Assembly (NCBI GenBank): GCA_951406725.2
Contig: OX597816.1
Span: 125,116,001 to 125,180,000 of the forward strand
Length of the DNA stretch: 64,000 nt
From: Octopus vulgaris
Lineage: Eukaryota
Direction: 5' to 3'
The position numbers and the translations under genes were made by a program. Each line of letters begins with the position of its first letter. Within the stretch, counting starts at the first letter, position 1. Positions 40,747 to 57,860 of this stretch are shown in pieces. The notes beneath the pieces are model-generated. The model did no database searches. It saw nothing but the letters and a program-made list of their open reading frames with translations, and was not told where the DNA came from.

Positions 40747-41368
40747 CAGGGCCGTCGCTAAGCCCCTGACACCCTTGCGGTCGCAGGGTGCCTCCGCGGT
40801 TGAGGGACCCCATGTAAAGATCAAAGTACATAGATGAGTTATCTATTTACTTTGGTTAAGATGTTAACTCAAAATTTCAAGCCAGACGAAGAAAAAAATA
40901 TGAGGGTGTATCGTAAATAAATTTAAAAGAAACGAAAAAATCTAAATGAAAAACAGTTTGTTGACGAATTCCCTGGGAATATAAAAGAAAAACGAAAGAA
41001 ATCCAAAACAATGAAAATAAGAACAACTTCAACGGATAAACAAGGAAAAGAAGCAATGGTAATGAAAGGTGAGGATGTATACATACATACAAACATACAC
41101 ACACCGGCATAGTACATATATTCATTCATACATTCAAACACACACAAACACACACGTATACACACATATTTAGGACTGGCCTTTTTCTGTTTCCGTCTAG
41201 CAAATCCATTCAAAAGACTTTGGCCAGCTTGGGTCGATGGATAGATAGACGTGTACCAAACACACACACACATCTCTTAGTCTCTCTGTCTCTCCCTCTT
41301 CCTCTGTCTGTCTTTCTCTCTCTCTCTCTCCCTCTCTCTCTCTCTCTCTCCATATATAAACATATATA

Positions 41369-41404
<36 letters not shown>

Positions 41405-41406
41405 TG

Positions 41407-41440
<34 letters not shown>

Positions 41441-42300
41441 TGTATATAGTTGTTTGACATTGTTGAAAAGCTGGTCACTTTGCACCCAGAACAGTGGCCT
41501 TTGACCTCCTAAGGCAATAAAAACTAGAGAAATTTTTTCAGTACCAAAAATAAGGAGCACGCGTGCGCGCACACCCACACACCCACACAGAAATGTGTGC
41601 GTGTATGTATATATGTATAGATATTGTTTGCTCACTGTCACCAAGCATCTCAATTCTTCAGTGGTAACTAGTTTGTGATTGACGTATTTTATTCTGCAAA
41701 GTAGAATACTATTTCACCCTTGAATTTGAGATTTCAGAGAAAGGTAAGAAATTCTTCATATTTTGCATCTTTGGTATTTTGACTTTACAGTTTGAATTGT
41801 AGAATTGTTTATCCAATCGAAATATTGCAACAGCTAACAGTGAAGTATAGAATTATAAAAAGGATTTTTCGACTGACTGTTATGAAGTCTTTGAGAATAT
41901 TCACGTGTATTTTTCAAAAGTATATAATTTGAAATAATTTTTTGTATTTTAATGTTCTTGAATAAACTTCTTTGCTTACAAAAGCTGAGACAATTATACT
42001 TCACAGTTGTTATTTTTAAATGCTTGTCTTCTGACATTTGTGAGTCCATCCAATAAATATTCAACCCTATTAAATTTGGCATTCCTAAACATGAAATTAT
42101 ACGATAGTTCGAGCCCGAAATAAATTTAACTTGTACTTTTAAAGATGTTCTTTAGGATAACGAGCAATATTGAACTTCAGACAGAATAAAGTAAAATACA
42201 GCTATGAATAAAATGTGCGTAGATTATGAATTTTCATTGAAGAGATGGGGCCTCGAAGCAAAATTTGCAGGGGACCTCTAAAAGTCATGCAACAGCCCTG
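40747..42300 (-). mobile_element. hAT DNA transposon relic with TIRs and 8-bp TSD
   Basis: TIRs cagggccgtcgc / gcaacagccctg (10/12 complementary). TSD catataga (40739-46) / cgtataga (42301-08). Minus-strand remnants SFSTM, LSI..LAK..LLNGFARRKQKK resemble the hAT C-terminal dimerisation region. Confidence 0.8.
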
Positions 42301-43172
42301 CGTATAGACAGAGGAACAGTAAGAAGAGCCACAGACAAATTAAATAGCATTTTGAGCTTGGTTAAAACAGAGATCATTAGCGAAACGAATTTGCTAATCA
42401 TAGATGCTGCTAATGTTATAACAATTTTATAATAGGATAATTCGGAAGACTCTTGAAGAAAAGAAATAAGAGAAAGAACGAATTGGGAAAGAAAATACGA
42501 AAGAAGATCGAAAACATGGAAAGAATTGGGGCAATTAAATAGGATAATGAGAGGGGAACTCAACAATGAGCTAGTGATCAGAAAATTGAATGGACAGTAC
42601 AGGTTAGGAGGCAGGAAAAAGCAAAGTATATATGCTGACGGCTTAAAATGCCAAATGGAAAAAAATGGAAAAATGTTGAACAGAAAAGATAGTTTCAATC
42701 AAAGAGAAAGCTCTTTTGCGGGAAATAAAAGGGGAACAACATGAGGAAGTGATACCTGAAGAAAGTAAAGTATTTGTGGGTAGAACCTCGGAACAGGCGA
42801 GCAAGATATAAAGAAAGTGCAGAGTGGCTAACACGGGTGGAGAGACAACTTGCCACTGTACCAAGACAAAATGGCGCCAGAATTGATGAGTATTCAGTGA
42901 TGTTGAAGTTTTAAGAAGTAGCAAATTTGAAAGAACCTGGCTCGGATGGGGAACGAGGTTATTGACTAAAGAATTTTACATAGTTGTATGAAAGTGTCGC
43001 TGCACACCTTAATGAGTGTCTGCAGTAGGAACGCGTCCCTACCTGGATGACAAGTGGATTAAGAGTGTTATGTCCCAAGGACACCTTAAATGGTAAATCG
43101 GTATCAAATTTGCAACATGTAGAGTGTGTATCCAATTTTCGTACTATAACCTGTTTACCACTCATGAGGAAG

Positions 43173-43218
43173 GGTAGTGGTTAAGAGCGCGGGCTAAGAC
43201 TTCGATTCCAAGCAGTTA

Positions 43219-43304
<86 letters not shown>

Positions 43305-43485
43305 TCGAAAAATACTTTAGGAATGAGAACCCAGGTTCGAAATTTCTCCAAGACACCTGATGAAGGCTGGAAGTTATATCAGCCGAAACGTTGTGTTAAC
43401 AACAAACAAGATGAGGACAAATATCCGTCAACTGTAAATAATATAAATAATGTAAATAATTCGTCATCTCTTAAATATGGAACTG
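43173..43485 (+). mobile_element. tRNA-headed, (AAT)n-containing non-autonomous element with hammerhead ribozyme
   Basis: gtagtggttaagagcgcgggcta...ttcgattcc head, (AAT)n, then aacatcgaaaaatac.ttaggaatgagaacccaggttcgaaat, the hammerhead, and tail ...tcatctcttaaatat.gaactg. Confidence 0.8.
43352..43397 (+). ncRNA. Minimal type I hammerhead ribozyme (intact core)
   Basis: GACAC-CUGAUGA-A-GGCUG-loop-CAGCC-GAAA-CG-UU-GUGUU. Stem III is the loopless palindrome ACGU. Predicted cleavage after 43392. Confidence 0.85.
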
Positions 43486-44839
43486 AATTTATTTCTAGTA
43501 GACCAGAAAGGATGAAGGAAGCAAAGTAGAGCAACTAAAGGCAGTTATTAGTTGATACAATGCTAATTAGAAATTGTAGACGTAGACTGGTTGGATTCGA
43601 TGTAGCATCGTTTACAGAAAAGTACATGCAATGGTACTGCACATTTAGCTAAGTAAATCAATGAAAGCATGAAACATTAAAATACAGAATGGGAAATGGA
43701 GGAGAAAAAACAAAGACTTGGGAACGTGAGCATGAGACGTGATATATTTCAAGGTGATATCTTATCTCCATTACTGCTTGAATTGGCTATGATGCCGCTC
43801 AGTTTGATATTGGGAGAAATCAAAAAAGCTTATGATTTGGGAAAAAGATATGGTCAAGTCCTTTTTATGCATGATATAAGGCTTTATGGAAAAATGATAA
43901 GCAGCTTCAAAGTTTTGTGAATACTCTTCGTGATTTCTTAAATGCTCTAGGTATGAAACTTGAGATTGAAAAGTGCGCTATATTGATGAGATTTGAAGGA
44001 AGAAGGTAAGGTGAAAAGCCAAATGGGCAAACAGTAAAAGCAGCTGAGAAAGGACAATGGTATAAGTTTTAGGGAATAATGGAGGCAGATGAAATAAAAC
44101 ATGAAGAGATGAAGCAAATTACAAGTAGGGAGTGTACAAGAAGATTGGGAAAATATTACAGTTGAATTCGAAAAATGTTTTCGAAGCAATAAATGCAAGA
44201 ACAGTACAATTAATCGGATGTGGAGTTGGAATTAGAGGTAGCAAAATGTGGGAATACAGAAACTTGACAGAAAAAACTAGAAAGTTTTTGACAATGTATG
44301 GAGCCTACCATACGAAAGCAGGTATTAACTAGTTATACTTGACTACACATCTGGATGGAAGAGGTTTAATTGCTGTGGATAGGTGTGAAAAGATGAGGAA
44401 AAAACTACAGAATATTTACAGAACAGTAGAGAGAAATTACTAAAGGCAGTGAATAAAGAACAGGTGATCAAGAGTGGAATAAAAAAAGTACAAAATTGAA
44501 ATTCAAAGAGAGCATGTTGAATAGATTGAAACAAAACATTTGCATGGACAGTTTTGGAAAGCTACTGAGGATGTATGTGGAACAAAAACCGAGACTTGTA
44601 GTACCAATAATTGTCGGAGCCCTGGAAACAGTGAGTAAAAATCTTGAAAAGTACATGGAACAAATAGGGGCTGCAATAAAGTTGGAACACTTACAGAAAA
44701 ATGCACTGCTTGGAACCGCTCGAATACACCTGACGGTACTGGAAAAATAAGGTGTGTTACCTTAGTTCACTAGTAGTGAACAGCTGACACCGTAGTATAT
44801 CTCCAGCGGTAGAAGCTGTGCAAAGAGAATAAAATACTA

Positions 44840-44974
<135 letters not shown>

Positions 44975-45949
44975 CAACAACAACAACAACAATAATAATA
45001 ATAATAATAATAATAGTAATAATAATAATAATGGTTGAAAATTGTTGGCATGAGACCAGAAATTTTAGGGACATTAGTGTCATATTCAGTTGTTTGTAGC
45101 CCTTGACAAACAGCAAGATTTCTAGGTGTAAATGTTATTTACAAGGTTGTGTTTATTTTTATTATTGTTCGTTGTTCATTTCTTATTGCTGTCATCAACA
45201 TTTCTGTTTTCATTTTCTATTCATTACTTTCGTTTTCCTTGCCTTTAATAAGGCTAGCACCGACTTTTTGTCAACATTCTTAAACATTTCATTGCTATTT
45301 TGTCGATGTTAACATTTTTGTTTTTCTCATATTCTAATACATGATTTCCTCTATTTCTTTTGTTGTGGCTGGTGTTGTTTGTCTTGCTGCTGTTGCTGTT
45401 GTTATCGTAGTTGTTTTTGTTGTTGTTGCTGTTGTTGCTGTTGTTGTTGTTGTTGCTGCTGATGTTTGTTATACCGAGACTGTATTGCTGCACTGTGCCA
45501 TAACATCGTTGATGTTGTCAACGTTAACACATATTGTCTACACCATTACGAAGATTTGGTGAACTTATTCCAGAAGTGCTATAAGGTTTTTCATTAGAAA
45601 TATGTGCCTAGACAACCTGGAAGAGAAAGAGTTAAGAACACTAATATGATAAAAATAACAGAAACAAGAGAACTGTACCAAATAACTCATAGAGATACTT
45701 AAGAAGCAATGAAGAGAACTGCCTATAATACAGGCAGCTGTAAATACGTAAGGAATTACTATTATATACACATTACCTTCATACTTAAAACAGTACTATG
45801 TGTAAGAAAACGTAATCAACCACAATAATCTAGGTCTTATCGATATAGTTTTAATACTCTCAAATCTATGTTAATTGAATTACCAAAGCTTAATAGTAAA
45901 ACAAGAAAAATAATTACAATATATAGAAATGACCAACGAAAATTCGGTA

Positions 45950-49695
<3,746 letters not shown>

Positions 49696-49729
49696 TTTCT
49701 TCATTAACCACAAAGAGTTTACATTAATA

Positions 49730-50799
49730 AAAACGTTATGGACAAATTATTATATACTTGACCAAAAACGATATAAAGAAACTTGAAAGAACGCCTAGGA
49801 AATTGTTAACGCTGTAACGAGCTCACCGCCCGAAAGCTGATATCGACCTGCTGTATCTGAGGAAAGACCAAAGTGTAAAAGGTTTAATAGCAGTAGAAGA
49901 ATGTGTAAACATGGAAAGAAAAGGTGTAGAGGAGAATTTACAGAGCAGCACAGAAAAACTACTAAAGACAATTAATAAAGAGCAGATGATGAAGTGCGTA
50001 ATAGGAGAAGAGGACAAGAATGAAATACAAAGAGAGCACGTCAAACACATCGAAGAGAAACCACTGCGTAACCAATTTTGGAGAGCTACTGAAGACGTAT
50101 GTGGAACAAATTGTGGGGCTTGGTTAAAAAGAGGGACAATTAAAAAAAGAAACAGAGAGCCTAATTGTAGCAGCCTAGGATCAAGTGATATAAACAAACA
50201 ACTTGAGAAAAAATATATATGGAGAGAACGCGTCAGAAAAAATGTAGAATGTAGAGCCTAAGAAACTTGAAACGATACATTGGCACTCATTGCGCCAGAA
50301 TGCCCTAAGTTGGTGCAGAAAGAATATAAGAAATAAAAGTTCTACCAGATTGTAAAAGTTATACATTTGAAACTGTGCAAGAAATGGAGATTTGAAACTG
50401 GAAACACATGGTACTGTAGTCGGAGAAATGTAAGATTTTCTGGGACTTTCTTATTCAAACGGACAAGAAGTTAGAAAATAATTGACCAGACAACAATTAT
50501 AAATAAGGAGAAGCGAAGTTGCTTACCTATCGATCCATCATACTCGTTTGGTTTCAGGATCGTAAAGAACGAGGGAGGAAAACCAAAAAAAATACAAGTT
50601 TTTAAAATTTGAAATAGGAAGTATTTGGAGCATGAAAACAGCAAAGGCTGTGCCTATGATAATTGGTGTGTTGGGAACAGAAGCAAAGATATAGACAAAT
50701 GGCTGAAGGAGTTTGAAGTAGAATCCCTGGAAACCTATCTCTTGGGGACAGCAAGGATTATCAGGAGGGTCCTAAGCACTTGAAAGGCTGATGAAAATA
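49730..50799 (+). mobile_element. 5'-truncated R4/Dong-type LINE (RLE end), resembling the 40260-44835 family
   Basis: HRPKADIDLLYL..GLIAVEE, EKPLRNQFWRATEDVCGT, KIFWDFLIQTD, VPMIIGVLG..LLGTARIIRRVL. Confidence 0.75.
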
Positions 50800-50954
50800 C
50801 AGTTCTTTATTTAAGAGATGAGGAATTATGTACATTATTTACATTACTTTCATTTGACGGATATTTGTCTTCATCTCATCAGGTGCCTTGGTGAAATCTC
50901 GGACCTGGGTTCTCATTCCTAAGGTATTTTTCGATGTTGTTATAATACACTTAC

Positions 50955-50991
<37 letters not shown>

Positions 50992-51434
50992 GAGTGAGAG
51001 AGCAGTTCATGCCATCAAAGTGACACTGGGGTAAAATATACGAAGCCCAATATACCCATCATGACTACCCGTCTGATAAAGGTACACCAGGCACATGCAT
51101 CACAACCATATGTGCGCGACATGGTGATCTCATATCAAGATAAACAGCACATGACCTTGCAGGTGGGGCCCAGTTAGAATTTTCTTCAGGTTGAGTAGCC
51201 CATCCTGCTCAAAAGGTCCCTGAATAAGGATTGTTTAAGGATGTTGAAAGAACCACCCATGTTTCCAGAGGTGAATTATTCAAACTCCAAAGAATCCCTC
51301 TCAACACATGGCTATGATGCTCCCCCACTACTTCTGCTCGTGATCAGAGATGCACATATCGTCAGCCACTAAGGGACATGCTCAACTGGTTAAGGTCAAA
51401 CAACTGACAAGCAAATCTGTGGTATTGAGCAGAA

Positions 51435-51475
<41 letters not shown>

Positions 51476-51543
51476 TCATTGCCTTGACTCGATCTCGGAA
51501 TCTTGGAGTTAGTAGCCTGCGCTCTTAACCAATACGCCATATG
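50800..51543 (-). mobile_element. Minus-strand copy of the tRNA-headed element with ribozyme core deleted and a nested insertion
   Basis: Head at 51469-51543, tail at 50800-50940. It reads cctgatga|gatgaagac, so the 46 nt equivalent to 43364-43409 are absent. Confidence 0.8.
50991..51436 (-). mobile_element. Non-coding repeat with (AAT)n tail inserted in (TAT)n; other copies at 60977-61258 and an inverted fragment at ~51735-51800
   Basis: gtgatctcatatcaagataaacagc...tgatgctcccccactactt...catatcgtcagccactaaggg...tattgagcagaata is shared between copies. Confidence 0.75.
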
Positions 51544-53351
51544 GATAACAGAGGTTACATGTAATAACCCGCTACCCACTTAAATCCTACTAAGAATAAG
51601 ACCGAACCCAAGCTAAACCAAAATAAATATAAATGCGCTGGTGTACTACAAGGCAGTGGCTCTCAAAGCTTCTGATCTTAACTGATAGGAAAAGTTAACA
51701 TGTACATCTTTGTTTATGTAAAAGATGGGCAAGAGCAAATATTCTGCTCAGTTGCATGCCCATAACCAGTTGAGCATGTCCCTCAGGGGCTGATGATATC
51801 ATCGCATAATAAATGAAACGACGCATTCATCGAATTCTATAAAAAGGCATCGAAACCATAGCTATATCTCTGCTATATTAATCTCCTGATTTCGCGAGAC
51901 GTGATTATAGAGAGCGAGTAAAATAATTATATAAGATATAAAATCAGTCTCTTTCTGCCAAAACAGCGTACGGATAAAGTAGAATGAGAGCTTTTATATG
52001 TAAGCATATGGGCTGAGTTTTCAGCAGGTATTTGAAATTTAAGAGGCTCAGATATTCTAAGTCTAATCTTAAGTATCTATCGCTCAATTAATAGCATCGT
52101 TCATACCTTAACGGCTTATTCATCTGCAAAACCATGAATGAAAGACACGTAAATTCTGGAAAAACTTTAAATATTTTAAGAACTTGACCTCAGATACTTT
52201 ACTGATATGAACATTTAGCTATATAATTTAACGTTAATAGCAAGTTCTAGTCATACATTAAACCAAATGACGCAGAACTGTATATAGGTTGCAATAAAAG
52301 CCAGCTATTCCATGTTCTTAAAAATGTACACTGCGGTTAACTAAGAAAATATTGTACAGTAGAAAAGAAACGTGGAAGAAGTGAAAGACAAATTACTGAA
52401 CACACTAGAATAATATATTTAGATTATCAGTGATGTTATATGATAACTTTGTCGAAGGCGATATGCATTCTATACATTGAAATGACGTTTAGGTATTGAT
52501 ACACAAACGGGTATTTGACCCAACATGCAACCAAACATGCCGCAAAATATTGTCCTAAAAATAATTTAAGTCACCCCAATATATTTCAGTATTATTTTCT
52601 ACACCGATAAATATGTAACGTAACAAAGTGTATAATCTTCGCCACCATTCTCAAAAACCATCCTCTTAATCCCATTCTTTCTTTCATCGGCTCTACAAGA
52701 ATGTGCTACCCTTATACGATCGATCTTTTAATTCAAATTGCTCAGGTCAGAGATTATTACGAGATGTATGCATAACAACTAGTGCCTGTTATCGAACTGG
52801 CTGAGGCACCTAGCATACTGGATTTTACGCACAGTTTAACACAGTTTAGTCTTATCGCAATGAGGTATAGTTTTTGACATCATTTAGATAACACTTAATA
52901 GACGTAGGTAAAGAATATTATACATTTAACATCAACAATATTTTTTCATTAACGAGTTAAATGGCATAACCTTCCTGATATCTTGATGTGTTTCTGTTTT
53001 CACTTTTTATTGTAATTTCCTGGGTGATGTCCGGATCGAGCACGTTACGCTATACAAGTAAGCCTAATACTAGAATTTCCCTGCCTGAAACTTAAAGTGA
53101 CACCCACATAATAATTCCATCCTTTAAAATATTGTATGTGTGTGTGTATGTTTGTGTGTGCGTTTGTGTGTGCATAGACGTTGGTTGTGGCCAGCCAGAG
53201 ACCTACCCTTGTTTTTGAACCTACCATTCTCTTAACGATTTAGAGGACTCCTCAGACTTGCTGGCTAGAGGCACGTTACTTCTCTACTACTGGAAGTAAA
53301 AACACAGGGTTCGTCAATCGGGTTTGTGAAAAAAATAATAACCAACATACA

Positions 53352-53435
53352 ATTGAGTGACATCCTTTCTGAAAAGGAAAGGATGTCACTCAATCTTCGT
53401 TTCTGAAAAGGAAAGGATGTTACTCAATCTTCGTT
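53352..53435. repeat. Perfect 18-bp hairpin overlapping a ~35-bp direct duplication
   Basis: attgagtgacatcctttc-tgaaaag-gaaaggatgtcactcaat, and tttctgaaaaggaaaggatgt(c/t)actcaatcttcgt x2. Confidence 0.85.
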
Positions 53436-53469
53436 CTTATTTGCTAGTCAGTAGGTAAAGAATTCTATG

Positions 53470-53770
53470 TCTTCAACATGAATATCCTCTTACGATGGTA
53501 CCGACTAGACATTTCAGTGTTGGAGTTTAAGAAGCCCGTAGGTGAAACGAATGCTTTAGGATCCTTTCCCTCTCAGCCAAGCAAAGTTTGCATCGTCTAC
53601 TCCAGTGAAAGCATTGTGTAGGTGTTCCAGGTGCTTGCTTTTAATTCTGAGCAACGTATCTTGTTCTTTTAAATACCATACCTAGCTGACCCAAGACCAA
53701 CGATGGTCTTCTGTGGGATCTTAAAGGAGGACTTGTGGTTGTTTAAACGTCGTCTAAAGGCGCCCTTTAT
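53470..53770 (-). mobile_element. Penelope-like GIY-YIG C-terminal relic
   Basis: FRRRLNNHKSSF, VWYLKEQ, RCKLCLAERERI, FLNSNTEMSS across frameshifts. Confidence 0.75.
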
Positions 53771-55098
53771 ATGCATACTCACATACATATCTAAAATATA
53801 TAATAGTTTATATATATATATACATATATATATATATAATATATATAATAGTTTATATATATATACCCCCTTTAATAAATTACTGTATCTATTGCGAATA
53901 AAATGATAGAAAGAAATAGAGATGTATTTACTGAATGATGTTATATTTGGCAATAACCAATATCACCTTTCCCGTGAGAAACAAAGCAATAAAGACTGGA
54001 TTATTTAGAAACTGTTACTCTTTCAAATGACGGAAATTACCAAATTTATTTGTAGAGGAAGGAAGGTAAACAACGTGTATTAAAAGCGGTATGAAGTTCT
54101 ATCCAAACAGTCTGAACATCTTTGTCCTAAATTACTAACGGACATTCTTCAGTCTAGAAGCTTTTCATTCACTTTTGTTTCTGACTACACATGTTAGAAT
54201 TCAGTAAAATATATACAACTAATTATATTCCTCAAGTCATGCAATCAGTCGCTTCATGTGGTTCGTCTTGAGAATTCCATTATAACATCTTACATCACTA
54301 CAAGTGACAGATGATGGAGAGTCTACATTGTTGTTTGAACTGCTACAAATAACAATTTTTCCTCGCGTCACTCACCAAAGAAAGGGTACATTCTCCCGAT
54401 TGGAGTGCACCTGATCGTAGGTCTTTTCGATCAATCTTACTAGGGGATGAACTAGTATCAACAAGTTACTGCAGATGTTTTACAAGCCATTTAACTGCAT
54501 TGATATCACCTTCCTAGAAATATCAGTAAATTCTATGAGCACTACATTTCCTTATGCTAAATATTCTTAGTTTTAGATACAGTACAGTGACAAGAACTGT
54601 GGTCAGTTTTGTATGAAGCAAATGGTGTTACTTAATTCAATTATGAATAATATTTCTGCAGAGCCTATGAGAATGCGACGAGACTCATTGAAAATAAATT
54701 TTATGTTCATTTTACATGGTCTACATTTGTATATATACAGTGAAGTAACTAAATAAAGACAAATAGGAATCTTAACAACATTTCCTTCATATTTTGTTTC
54801 CGATATACCAATTACTCGCTTCTCTGTTAGATATTTTTAAATATGTGCTCAAATGTATTTATATATTCAGTTTGTCTGCTACTATCATTCACGTAGTGAA
54901 CTGAATTGCTTCTCCCTCTTTCTAAATGTCTATTTGGAAACAGAGAAAAATGTAGCTTTATTTCTAAGCCGAACGAAATAAATATTTTCTTTCCTAATAA
55001 CTATAATTCTACTCTTAATTTGGAGCAGTTTTATTATTTGTATCTAAATACTCTATACATGTAAATATATACATATGTATGTGTATATGTATGTATGC

Positions 55099-55143
<45 letters not shown>

Positions 55144-55149
<6 letters not shown>

Positions 55150-55272
55150 GGGTTCATCAAAAACATTTACTTTACCACACACCGAACTTTTAGAAATAGT
55201 AGCTAAAGAATTTAGCTATTTGCTCTACTATAAGAAGAGTCTCCCAGACAATGTATACTCAAAAACAATTCA
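55144..55272 (-). repeat. Second, truncated copy of the 3055 cassette end, within (TA)n
   Basis: Direct similarity to ~3058-3188. Confidence 0.8.
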
Positions 55273-55300
55273 TATATATATCAACTCAGATACATACATG

Positions 55301-55362
<62 letters not shown>

Positions 55363-56289
55363 CATTTATATATACGTGCTTATATTCATATATGTATGCA
55401 TGCATATAATTCAATTTTCATCTTTTTATATCGAAGTTTCTTCAGAGTTGATTTGGAACAATCAAGTTCTTAAATTCGAATCCGACGGTTTCAGACCAGA
55501 ACAGTCTCATTTTCAGCAACTGAAGACATTTGGTGAATGACGTAATTCTTAGAGAGTAGAATTCTAGTTAAATTGCCCGCGCGGGGTTGTTTTTTTCGAT
55601 GCGTATGATGCATCAGTATTCACGTATCGATTATGTCGTCGCGGTCAAATTTTGACCCTTTCGCTTTTATTATCTCCTACATCAATTACTATGTCTTAAT
55701 GCTTTTGATGTGTGTGTCGTCGTATTCATTTTGACATTGTAATGCAATATAATTATACTTTTCATAATTGGCCATGTAGTTTTGTATGTCCAATTTGACT
55801 GCGACAAACGAATCAACAACTGAATACTGTTGTTTGACGCTAACAGTAAAAATAAAACATTTGGCGGAATGTCTACAACAATTAAACGAGTGTATAAGAA
55901 GCAAAATATATACGAATTATATTCAGTTGATGTCAGCGAGACTGTGACAGTCTGTAGACATCGAATATGAATTTAGGAATTCAATTATTCCAAACTATCA
56001 GTGAAAATCTAAGACGAAATTATGAAAAACACAATATACAAGAGAACATTCTCATATATTTAATGTTTCTCATTCTCTCAGAGTCGATAAATATATTACC
56101 AGTGAATATACAAATGAAATTAATAAAGCATGTATAAAATGGGTCGTTCATCATATGTGCAAGAATATACATTCATATGTATGTAAGTATGTATGTAAGT
56201 ATATATGTACATTCTTTTATTCTTTTATACGTTTCAGCCCAAAACTGTGACCATGCTAGAATATCGTCAGTGTAATCATCTTTCTGTTG

Positions 56290-57860
56290 GTTATCCTCAT
56301 GTGAATGGCTTTAGGTGAAGGAGGGATTTCGACACTGCTGCCTGCTTTTGAGTTTGTTGGCGTGATATAGGTTCACTTGGGACCTTGGACGGCAGGAGGT
56401 CCAGTTGTTTCTTGAAAACATCTACCCCTACTCCTCAAAGATCCTTCAACTGTTTTGGCAAGACATTAAATAGTCGTGTGATCTTGAATTCCATGCAGTA
56501 CATTTTCTTCACTCTAGACGGTTATAGATGTAACCTTTGGAACTGGGGGCGAGTATAGCTCTCGATGCCAAAGTTTGATGCCAACCCCTCCAAGATCTTC
56601 CATACGTATATCACTGCATACTTCTCCTGTCATCGCTCCAGGGAGTAGAATTATAGTTCTTTTAGACTCTCCCAGTAGCTCAACTATTCCATTGATACAA
56701 GCATTTTCGTATAACACCGCCGAACTGCTCCAAGTTACGTTATTGATTTGAGATTATTTGGTGACCACAGTCGAAAGCAGTATTCAGGCGGCTGAGTACA
56801 AATGTTCTCCATATAACCAGTATAGGTTCCTGGTCTCTTGTTCTGAAGGCTTTCAGGATCCATCCGGCCATTCGCTTGCACCTTGTCACCATCTTGGTGA
56901 AACGTACATGAACCGAGGCTGTATTGCTGCTGTTAATCCCCAAATCATGCACTGTACTTAACTCTGGGATTGCCGGTTCTTTTCGTCCAAAGTAACGTTG
57001 TTGCTAGAGCACTAGTAGGCTGGTAGCGGAGGGATTGTTATTTTCTTCAGCCTATTTTTACATGGCATCTATGTCTTTCTGTAGATTAGCATCAGAAGGT
57101 TCCTTGACCGATTGTACTACTTTTGTGTTGTTGGCATAGCTAGTAAGTGTAGCTGTCTGTAAAACTGATGGCCTCTCTGAAAGAGTCACCATAAACAGCA
57201 GTGGTCCAAGGATAGTTCCCCGACATATGCCACTCTCTAGTACTGTCTCTATGGAGAGGGTTCAGCTGGCCGCCACAAGATAGCTTCTATCTTTTATAAA
57301 GTCATGTAACCACTTCCCCAGTTTTCCGACTGTGCCGATTTTCCGTGCCTTGTGACATATCGTCCCATGATCATCCTTATTGAAAGGCCTTTGCAAAATC
57401 AAGATATATCACATTCACGTTTGAACAATTCATTAGTCGTTCCAACACCCTGCCATAATGCTGCAAAAGTCGTGTAAGACCGCTTGTGTACGAAGCCATG
57501 CTTGGTAACAGGGAGAGAGTCATTATCTTCCAGGAACACGATCAGTTTCCTCTTCACAATGCGTTCCATGACTTTGCTGACATGGGAAGTTAAAAATACA
57601 GGTCTGCTACTCGCTTATGGACAGGTCATATTATGATGTCCTTTAACATTCTGGGAGATCTAATTGTCAGGAAGCCCTAGAAGACGATCTGTAAGGGTCG
57701 TGCTAGAGCCCCTTTGCATTTCGTTAGGAGGATTGCTGGGAATATATCAGGGCATGTGGCTGAGATTGAGACCATTTCGTTAATTGCTGATATTACATCA
57801 CTTTCCTCTATTTCGGTGTGATCAATAATTTCCATCTTTCTGCTTAGAGCTATAATACTT
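56290..57860 (-). mobile_element. CR1/L2-like LINE RT relic
   Basis: SATCPDIFPAILL..LARPL, RPVFLTSHVSKVMERIV, NVIYLDFAKAF, GKLGKWLHDF, GTILGPLLF, SYANNTK, GWILKAFRTRD...TFVLSRL. Confidence 0.8.

Larger units (their letters stand above)
40260..44835 (+). mobile_element. Decayed R4/Dong-clade RLE LINE interrupted by a hAT and by the hammerhead element
   Basis: N-terminal pieces RSFIKRMKSVW..RLKDQAR and NIRHID|RGTVR..SETNLL. RT pieces ITCLPLM, RRDIFQGDILSPLL, LFMHDIRLYG. C-terminus VVPIIVGAL..LQKNALLGTARI..VLE. The Zn-knuckle/PD-D region is deleted. Ends in (ACT)n(AAT)n. Confidence 0.75.

Noticed and set aside
55484-55516. Hammerhead-like CUGAAAA..AGAC/GUCU-GAAACCGUC on the minus strand
   Set aside because: Core is mutated and stem I is unpaired. 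It may be a relic but is not supportable as a ribozyme.
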